Both the position numbers and the translations under genes were made by a program. The notes under the pieces were generated by a model that saw only the letters and a list, made by a program, of their open reading frames with translations, was not told where the DNA came from and did no database searches. From NCBI GenBank assembly GCA_964442905.1, contig CAYUBD010000002.1:1-37906 (forward strand): a stretch of 37,906 bases of DNA, given 5' to 3'. The stretch is from an uncultured archaeon (GTDB lineage: Archaea > Aenigmatarchaeota > Aenigmatarchaeia > QMZP01 > JAFGSV01). Shown here piece by piece: positions 1-6,280 of this stretch (positions are counted from its first letter, which is position 1; each line of letters opens with the position of its first letter).

Positions 1-2649
1 AGCCCGAAGTTGTCCTCCGCGTACACAACTATCGTGTAGTTGCCCCTCACGGTAGTATTGCCCCACGCTCCAGGATAGAACTCCTGGTATATGTAGGGAT
101 CAGTTCCTCCTATGTAAGTCATATTTCTCTGGTCAGTCTGACCTCCCGGCCTGGTGACATTGAGCATAGTGAAGTTTATGCCCGCTATCCCTGCCTGGTC
201 CGTCACAAAGACCCGTATCTCAGTCGTGTTGAGCTGCGGTAAAATGGAAGGAATCGTGTATATCTCTATCAGGGGCATCACAAACGGCGTAAGCAGTATG
301 CTTATGTTCATGCTTCCGGGCTCACCCAGATAGGCGGTTATATTGTAACTGGCGTTGTAGAATACAAGGGGGTCATCCGTGATGTTGTAATACATCGTTA
401 TAACTGTGCCTGTCTGGTTCTCAAGCTGGAAATTGAGCACGTCCGGCCATGTTTGGTTGTTCTCGTTCGTGCTTGTGGCCGCGGGTGTTATGTCGAACGA
501 CATGTTCACATTGCCCGTGTTGTTGACCGTTATGTTGCAGGCGATGCTGTATTCAGGCGATTCGGGATGCTCGCAGGTACCGGGATTGACAGTCCATGTC
601 CTTGTTTCCGGGACGGTTATGTTGAAGTTTATGGTCTTGAAGCCGGAATTGTTGGTGGTGACATTAACATAGCCGAGGTAAGTACCGTTTGGGTAACTCA
701 GTGGTATGCTTCCCGTTATGTTGACTGTTATTATCTGTCCCGCATAGACAGTGCCCCCCTGCGTTTCTGTGACATTGGGAACTGCCTGGAGATTGAAATT
801 CTGGAAATTGCCGAACTCGTCACCTATTGCTATGCTCACGTTGAGAACCGGGTCGTTGCCCGTTGAATTGAGGGTGAAATTGGTTATGACTCCAGATGTG
901 TCATGGACGAGGCTTCCTGAAATCCAGTCCTCGGGTATGGTAAGGTTTACGTTGGAAAGCACTGTTATGTTTACCGTGCTCGTGTTGTGCCAGATCCCTA
1001 TTGCAGGGTTATACCATTCAACCGTAACGTTCAGTGTGTAGTTTCCCGAGGGCGTTCCGTTTGATACCGCTATGTCAAATGCACCCGAGCAGTTGCCGTC
1101 CGGGAGCATGTCGCCGCAGCTATAGACAGTGTTATTGGTGGTGTTTATGAGCGGGTCTGAGAAAGTCAGTGTCACATTAATGTTGTATCCTGTAACGTTT
1201 CCTGAGTTGGTCGTGTTGAAGCTGAGTGTGAAGCTTTGATTGTTATAATACGTTATATTGTCTGCAGTGAAATTATTGGGGGATATATCTAGCGTGACAT
1301 TGGTCCCTGAAACCGTTACATTCAGTTCAAGCTCCTCGTAGCCGTCATTTCCGCTTGTAACGTTGAGTATCCCGTTATAGAATCCGGTTGAGTAACCGCC
1401 CGCAACCAAAAGCTGAACTTCCACGTCGCTCGAATTGCCTGCCGGGAGGCTTGTAAAGTTTTTGGGAACGAATGTGAACGTGAACTCGTCCGGGAAACCT
1501 GTTGCATTGAATTCGACGTTTGTCAGGGGTGCATTACCGAAGGACCTCACGGTCATGTTTCCTATGTTGTTCTGAACGCCAGGCGCAACGAAACCTGTGA
1601 TATTGTTCTCAAGAACGTCAAGGATGTACGTCGGGTTTACAGTCACGTTCATGGCAGTCTGGTTCTCTTCGTATGATGTGTCCTTGTTGGTCCAGTTCAC
1701 CGTGGCATTGATCGTGAAATTCGCAGACGCCGTGGCAGCAAGCACGGTTATGTTGAAGTCTATTCTGCATGTCTTGGATATCGGTATATCGGGTTTGCCT
1801 TCACCGTCATCACAAAAAAGCGAAGTCCCGTTTGATGTCATATTCACGGGAATCTCTATGCCTATCGAGGCGTTGTAGGCTGTCCCGTTTGCCACGTTTG
1901 TGGCGTTTACCGTGAGTATGAAGCTTTCGTTGTCCAGCCACGTCACGTTGTTTATGTCATAGCTGGTAGGTGTGACAACAATGTCTGCATCTGTCTGGGT
2001 CTCTTCCGCTGTAAAGTCGTAGATGTCAGAACCGTCATTGCCTTCCTTATCTGCGGTGCAGTTAAGTGTGAAAAGACCGAACCAACCGGGTGATGTGAAG
2101 TTTATCCAGTAGCTTCCGTTACCATAATCTGTTATGTTTTCTGAATCCACGTCAAAAAGTTTGGATGTGGTCTGATATACGGAACAGTTCACCTGTGCGT
2201 ACGGATGCCATGTATCCTGCCTGTAGTTCATTACATCCAGAGTGGCATTCATCAGCCTGCCGACATCACCGCCTGGGTTAAGTATGACCGCATCGACGAA
2301 AAGTGACTTTGTCAGAGTGAAATTTTTGGATGAAATGTTCATAATATCAAGGTACTGGTCGAAAAGGCAAGCAGTTGCCGTCCAGGTGCCAGTGTACTCT
2401 GTTGTCGTTATGTTGTAGTAGTTCGTGTATATGTAATCACTCGCGTTCTGGTCCCCGTGAGTTCCGTCGTCGTACATGGTTATGTTTATGTCATCTGAGG
2501 ATGCAGACGTTGCGTTGTTCAGGGTCACGTTTACATATTCAACAAGTCCGTAAGGGTCGTAAGTTACGTTAACCGTTAGTACAACAGTCTCGTTTCTGTT
2601 ATAGTAATCGTGGTCTGTTTCCGTGTATGAAAGCAGAGTCCTCTGTTCG
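1..2649 (-). other. CARDB/NEW3-like and Ig-like beta-sandwich arrays of gene 3 (approximate bounds)
   Basis: Example stretches: SLPAGNSSDVEVQLLVAGGYSTGFYNGILNVTSGNDGYEELELNVTV; NGTPSGNYTLNVTVEWYN; YPNGTYLGYVNVTTNNSGF. The terminal PLIEIYTIPS...VFVTDQAGIAGINFTMLNVTRPGG...RGNYTIVVYAEDNFG parallels domains in the giant's 8.9 to 12.6 kb region. Confidence 0.5.
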
Positions 2650-4247
2650 TATTCATAGTCCGATATTACCTGACCGCTCTTTACCGCATCCCTTACACCG
2701 AAGAATTCCGTCGTAGTGCCTCTACCCATATAAACAAGCGCCTTCTCTATGATAGATTCTCCGGATGGTATTGTTTTGGCATTGAGCTGGATGCCGACCC
2801 TTCCTCTCTGAACAGAGCTGTTCTTTGCGAAGAATTCCGGTGTGTTCTCATTGAGATTTATAAGACCCACAATTTCTGTGCCCTCGCCGAATCCTAAGAC
2901 CCATGAGAATGGATCTGTTTCATTCGAATCATACTGGTGTGGACCATCTGAACCGAGAGGTGCCCAGGTATTGTTCACATCGAAGGCCATTGAACCGGCT
3001 CCCGTGGAATTCCTGGTTATTGCATATCCGGCCAGGTTCGTGAAATTCTGCTCCATCTTTATGATACCGCCAGAGATTTCGGGGCCTGCAATGTTGTATA
3101 TGTAATACTTCTTGACCATCCGGCCTTCACCTGTCTTCTGGCTGACGTTACCGAAGATTATCTCATCACCTTCCTGTATTATGGTCATTCTGACGGGACC
3201 CTCAACTACACTGATATTCTCTCTCAGATCAAAGCTGAAGTTGTATGTTCCGTTTGAATATTCCATGTATTCACCTGTCCTGTTTGCTTCATTATTAATG
3301 ATGAAGAATGGCACATCCTGGTGAAACGTCACGTAATAAAGACCTGATGTGTTCTCGCTTCTGTTGGTATCTATGCGTAAGTCAAGCCTGCTGTTGTTCA
3401 CGTGTATCTCGTCTCCTGTGAACAAGTATGTAAGGTTTGTTGCATAATATGGGGGCGACTTAAGCCCGTTCTCCTCGGTGTCAAAATAAAGGTAGAACGT
3501 TCTGACTGTGCTGCTCCCTGTCGTGCCGTTCAATATGAATATCTCAGTTCCTATGGCATTGTTGGCGGCATCGTACGTATGCAGGTCGGTGTCGAACTGG
3601 CTTGGAAGTTCATGCATAACGCCGCCAGTCTGGTTGTATTCAAACAGCCTCGTGGAATTATCATCGAATGTTCCCGTATCACCCAGCTGCCTCATAACAT
3701 CCGTGAAGTTTATGTCTCTTTCTATGGGCCAGTTTGTGACATCATAATCACCGTTCTCTATTTCCAGCTTTATTCTGTATTCCCATGTATTGTTCCACCA
3801 TTCGTATCTGTAAATCCTGATGTAATCCGTCCCGTTGAGGTCACTGTCATAACCCATTGAAGAACCGTCGCAGAGCACGTTCCAGCTGTAGTTGCCGATG
3901 TCGGCGAAGCTTCCCGTGTGCTCGTAAAGATTGGACGTGCCGTTATAGGACATGCCTGCCGGGCCTGTCCACGAGCCGCTTAAGTTGAACGTTATGTTGC
4001 AGTAGACCCCGCCGCCCGATATGGGAGCACCTGTCGAGCTGTCCGAGAAGTTTGCATAGAAAATCACATCCTTCTCTATGAACGGTGTAATGGAACCGCC
4101 CCCGGTGTCGGCTGAACTCCATATCCCCAGTTCCGAGTTGGTCCCGGAGACGAAGAAGTAATAGCCACTGATTCCGCTTTCGAGAGCTAATGCTGCCGCT
4201 AAGGAAGCAACTATCAGTAGTCCTGTTAACAATCTTGTGCTCAACAT
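1..4247 (-). CDS. Second large secreted, sequon-rich surface protein, 3'-truncated by the window edge (1,415 complete codons visible). It has a signal peptide, an N-terminal globular region and CARDB/NEW3-like beta-sandwich arrays.
   Basis: ATG at 4247..4245, 1 nt after the TAA of the upstream gene. I translated this frame by hand down to position 3 without meeting a stop. It is absent from the ORF track because it has no in-window stop. The N-terminus MLSTRLLTGLLIVASLAAALALESG looks like a signal peptide. The composition (NxT/S, Y, D/E, few K/R) matches the giant ectodomain. Confidence 0.85.
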   Translation of the reverse strand, partial: MLSTRLLTGLLIVASLAAALALESGISGYYFFVSGTNSELGIWSSADTGGGSITPFIEKDVIFYANFSDSSTGAPISGGGVYCNITFNLSGSWTGPAGMSYNGTSNLYEHTGSFADIGNYSWNVLCDGSSMGYDSDLNGTDYIRIYRYEWWNNTWEYRIKLEIENGDYDVTNWPIERDINFTDVMRQLGDTGTFDDNSTRLFEYNQTGGVMHELPSQFDTDLHTYDAANNAIGTEIFILNGTTGSSTVRTFYLYFDTEENGLKSPPYYATNLTYLFTGDEIHVNNSRLDLRIDTNRSENTSGLYYVTFHQDVPFFIINNEANRTGEYMEYSNGTYNFSFDLRENISVVEGPVRMTIIQEGDEIIFGNVSQKTGEGRMVKKYYIYNIAGPEISGGIIKMEQNFTNLAGYAITRNSTGAGSMAFDVNNTWAPLGSDGPHQYDSNETDPFSWVLGFGEGTEIVGLINLNENTPEFFAKNSSVQRGRVGIQLNAKTIPSGESIIEKALVYMGRGTTTEFFGVRDAVKSGQVISDYEYEQRTLLSYTETDHDYYNRNETVVLTVNVTYDPYGLVEYVNVTLNNATSASSDDINITMYDDGTHGDQNASDYIYTNYYNITTTEYTGTWTATACLFDQYLDIMNISSKNFTLTKSLFVDAVILNPGGDVGRLMNATLDVMNYRQDTWHPYAQVNCSVYQTTSKLFDVDSENITDYGNGSYWINFTSPGWFGLFTLNCTADKEGNDGSDIYDFTAEETQTDADIVVTPTSYDINNVTWLDNESFILTVNATNVANGTAYNASIGIEIPVNMTSNGTSLFCDDGEGKPDIPISKTCRIDFNITVLAATASANFTINATVNWTNKDTSYEENQTAMNVTVNPTYILDVLENNITGFVAPGVQNNIGNMTVRSFGNAPLTNVEFNATGFPDEFTFTFVPKNFTSLPAGNSSDVEVQLLVAGGYSTGFYNGILNVTSGNDGYEELELNVTVSGTNVTLDISPNNFTADNITYYNNQSFTLSFNTTNSGNVTGYNINVTLTFSDPLINTTNNTVYSCGDMLPDGNCSGAFDIAVSNGTPSGNYTLNVTVEWYNPAIGIWHNTSTVNITVLSNVNLTIPEDWISGSLVHDTSGVITNFTLNSTGNDPVLNVSIAIGDEFGNFQNFNLQAVPNVTETQGGTVYAGQIITVNITGSIPLSYPNGTYLGYVNVTTNNSGFKTINFNITVPETRTWTVNPGTCEHPESPEYSIACNITVNNTGNVNMSFDITPAATSTNENNQTWPDVLNFQLENQTGTVITMYYNITDDPLVFYNASYNITAYLGEPGSMNISILLTPFVMPLIEIYTIPSILPQLNTTEIRVFVTDQAGIAGINFTMLNVTRPGGQTDQRNMTYIGGTDPYIYQEFYPGAWGNTTVRGNYTIVVYAEDNFG
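2650..4172 (-). other. N-terminal globular region of gene 3, about 500 aa and unlike the giant's modules (approximate bounds)
   Basis: It contains RIYRYEWWNNTWEYRIKLEIENGDYDVTNWPIERDINFTD...FDDNSTRLFEYNQTGGVMHELPSQFD. This is loosely reminiscent of DUF2341- or LamG-type jelly rolls (W-x-YR ... D-x-s-x-R-x-x-E ... P-x-Q). I cannot confirm that by eye. Confidence 0.3.
4173..4247 (-). other. Predicted signal peptide of gene 3
   Basis: MLSTRLLTGLLIVASLAAALALESG has a basic residue, a hydrophobic core and an A-L-A-type site. Confidence 0.65.
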
Positions 4248-4256
4248 CTTATCCTT
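4245..4256 (-). promoter_or_regulatory. Stop/start coupling junction (AAGGA TAA G ATG) between gene 2 and gene 3
   Basis: The minus strand reads AAA AAA GGA TAA g ATG TTG AGC. The TAA ends at 4249 and the ATG begins at 4247. A weak AGGA lies 4 nt upstream of the ATG. This is consistent with translational coupling. Confidence 0.5.
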
Positions 4257-6249
4257 TTTTCAGCAGTAACCTCCTGCTCTTGTCATAAGCTGCCTTGCTC
4301 AGTTCCCCGTTCTCGTATGCTTCCCTGAGCTTGGCGAGCATCATTACCCGTGTATGCTTGTTTTCAGCACTTCCCCCGGAAGGTTTCCCTCCGGCATTTG
4401 CAGGCATTTTTCCGCTGGAAGCCGCCGCTATCTTTTTCTCTGCCTCGGCCAGCTTCAGCATGTTGCTTTCCTTGGCTTTTTTGTATTCCGCCTCAGCTAT
4501 CTCCTTGTTCTTGTAGTTCTCTTCAAGCATTGAAAGAATGGATTCAATCTCCTCCTTTTCTTCACGCATGCCGGCTACCTCAGGCGAGACTTGAACAGCC
4601 TGCGCTTTCTTTGCCTGATCGCGCACGATCTTCAGCTCATCATTGATTGTCGCTATGTCTGTTTTTGTTGCATAGTCGGAAAGCCTGCGGGTAAGCTCTT
4701 CAACGTTCTTCATGATGTCGTCTGCCATTTCTGAAAGCTTGTCCTGCTTGACCTTGTACTCGGTGAATTCGTCCAGCTTCTTCTTCATGTCCACATAGAT
4801 GCCGTCAAGCTTTGATGACGATGCCTTCATCCTCCCCTCTATCTCCTGTATCTTCTCCAGTTTCTCACCGACATGTTTGCTGGCCTTGACGATGTTCTCC
4901 AGGCTGCCTATGTCTGTCATCAGTCCTTTTATCCTGTTCAGGCTGTCCGAAAGCATCTTCTCGCTTCTTTCCATCCTCTCAAGCCTGGTATTCACATCCC
5001 TGAGCTGCTCGTCCCTGGTGGTAAATTCCCTGAGTATCCTGGCCGTATCCACCTGGGAAATGGTGTCCTTGAGCTTATCAATGATGACCTCTTCTTCCTT
5101 GGCCCTGGCCTCTCTCTGGTAGACTATGGACCTGATTTCGGCGAAGTTCTCAGTGGTCCTCTGAAACTTCTCGTCCATTATGTTCTTCGCTTCCTTCACA
5201 CTATCAACCATTGCTTTGATTTTCTCAACATCGGTCTTCATCAGCGTGAACTGTTTGTCATAACCGCCGACAGTCTGTGAGGTCGTGTCAGAAGTCCCTT
5301 TGATGTCCTTTGCAGACCTTTCCACTACGTCGAGCCGCCCTTCAAGCTTCTTCATCCTTTTGTCCGTTATCTCAATGTTGGCTGTGTCTATGACGTTTCT
5401 CAGCTTGTCCTCTATCTTCTCTTCAAGCATCTCTATGACAGCATCCGCCTTCTTTTGTTGTCCTTTCCCGACTTCAGCCGCAGCAGGCTTTCCTGTCGGT
5501 CCGACTTTGGGTGCTGTTTCAACAGGCCTGATTGAATCTGGTTCTGTCGGAGCCGATTGTACAGGCTTTTCAGCTTCTTCCAGTCTTTCCTCTATCTTCT
5601 TCAGTTCTTTGGGCGTAGCAGTCTTCTGCATATTCTTAATCTTCACGTTTACCTCTTCGAGTTTCTTCTCGTTCTTGCTCTTCACCTCATGGTATGTTTT
5701 GTCCGGAAGCGTGGCATCTCTGTAAGAATCCTCTATAGAAGAAAGCAACGCCTCTATCTCCTCTCTCTGCGTGAGCATTTCGTCAAGCGATTCCTCTGGC
5801 GTCTCTTTTTTCATCACATCACCGGATTTCTTTGCATCATTCCCACCGGCCTCAGCCCGGGATTCTTTATCAGCTACCGGCTTTTCATCTTTGGTTTCTT
5901 CCGCGGGTTTCTCTTCAGGTGGCTCGCTGTCTTTCTCTTCTTCGGGAGGTTTCTTTCCGGCATGTTCTTTTCCTTCGGGCTTCTCATGTTTATCCGCACC
6001 GGATTCGGGTGCATTCTCTTCATTGGTGTCTTCTGAATGTGCTTTTCCAGGAGGTTCGCCTGAAGCTGTGGCTTCTTCCTTTCCTAGTTTACTCTCAGAC
6101 TTTCCATCTTTCTTATCCTTTTCTTCACGCATACCGGAATCTTCTGTGTCTTCAAACATTCCCAAAACCTTTGATTCCAGTCTCTTGTGTAGTTCCTCCT
6201 TCTCTTTTTTCACATTCACTTTTTCATCGTTTTCATTACCCTTTGCCAT
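4249..6249 (-). CDS. 666-aa soluble, highly charged coiled-coil protein with an E/K/P-rich disordered N-terminus and three SHOCT-like motifs. Function unknown.
   Basis: ATG at 6249..6247 and TAA at 4249..4251. GGAGGT lies 7 nt upstream of the ATG. There is no hydrophobic segment and no Walker motif, and I count zero N-X-S/T sequons. The long central region is heptad-like and rich in E/K/R/L/I. The C-terminus LAKLREAYENGELSKAAYDKSRRLLLKKG resembles the SHOCT consensus. Confidence 0.9.
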   Translation of the reverse strand: MAKGNENDEKVNVKKEKEELHKRLESKVLGMFEDTEDSGMREEKDKKDGKSESKLGKEEATASGEPPGKAHSEDTNEENAPESGADKHEKPEGKEHAGKKPPEEEKDSEPPEEKPAEETKDEKPVADKESRAEAGGNDAKKSGDVMKKETPEESLDEMLTQREEIEALLSSIEDSYRDATLPDKTYHEVKSKNEKKLEEVNVKIKNMQKTATPKELKKIEERLEEAEKPVQSAPTEPDSIRPVETAPKVGPTGKPAAAEVGKGQQKKADAVIEMLEEKIEDKLRNVIDTANIEITDKRMKKLEGRLDVVERSAKDIKGTSDTTSQTVGGYDKQFTLMKTDVEKIKAMVDSVKEAKNIMDEKFQRTTENFAEIRSIVYQREARAKEEEVIIDKLKDTISQVDTARILREFTTRDEQLRDVNTRLERMERSEKMLSDSLNRIKGLMTDIGSLENIVKASKHVGEKLEKIQEIEGRMKASSSKLDGIYVDMKKKLDEFTEYKVKQDKLSEMADDIMKNVEELTRRLSDYATKTDIATINDELKIVRDQAKKAQAVQVSPEVAGMREEKEEIESILSMLEENYKNKEIAEAEYKKAKESNMLKLAEAEKKIAAASSGKMPANAGGKPSGGSAENKHTRVMMLAKLREAYENGELSKAAYDKSRRLLLKKG
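4252..4350 (-). other. SHOCT-like motif 3 at the extreme C-terminus (RVMMLAKLREAYENGELSKAAYDKSRRLLLKKG)
   Basis: This is the best match of the three to the SHOCT pattern, and it sits at the C-terminus as is typical for SHOCT. Confidence 0.55.
4429..4554 (-). other. SHOCT-like motif 2 (EEIESILSMLEENYKNKEIAEAEYKKAKESNMLKLAEAEKKI)
   Basis: It resembles the SHOCT consensus (L..L..l...G.It.eEf...K..LL) and is an internal repeat of motif 1. Confidence 0.5.
5650..5763 (-). other. SHOCT-like motif 1 (EEIEALLSSIEDSYRDATLPDKTYHEVKSKNEKKLEEV)
   Basis: Its pattern parallels motif 2: EEIE-x-(L/I)LS-x-(I/L)E-(D/E)-x-Y ... Y ... K ... KL. Confidence 0.45.
5764..6249 (-). other. E/K/P/D-rich low-complexity (probably disordered) N-terminal region of the 666-aa protein
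   Basis: MAKGNENDEKVNVKKEKEELHKRLE...KPEGKEHAGKKPPEEEKDSEPPEEKPAEETKDEKPVADKESRAE... It has almost no hydrophobic residues. Confidence 0.7.
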
Positions 6250-6256
6250 ATTCCTT

Positions 6257-6262
6257 ACCTCC
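6257..6262 (-). promoter_or_regulatory. Shine-Dalgarno (GGAGGT) for the 666-aa gene
   Basis: The minus-strand sequence reads ...AGC ATG TAG ttttcactaaacaatccgGGAGGTaaggaat ATG GCA AAG. There is a 7-nt spacer, and the site lies in the 31-nt gap after the giant gene's stop. Confidence 0.8.
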
Positions 6263-6280
6263 CGGATTGTTTAGTGAAAA

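Noticed and set aside
4249-6249. Gene 2 as an SMC/Rad50-like protein, a chemoreceptor (MCP) or an ESCRT/CdvA-type protein.
   Set aside because: It has no Walker A/B or signature motif, no TM or HAMP segment, and no conserved MCP hairpin tip. The length and architecture do not fit Cdv proteins. Only generic coiled-coil character is visible.
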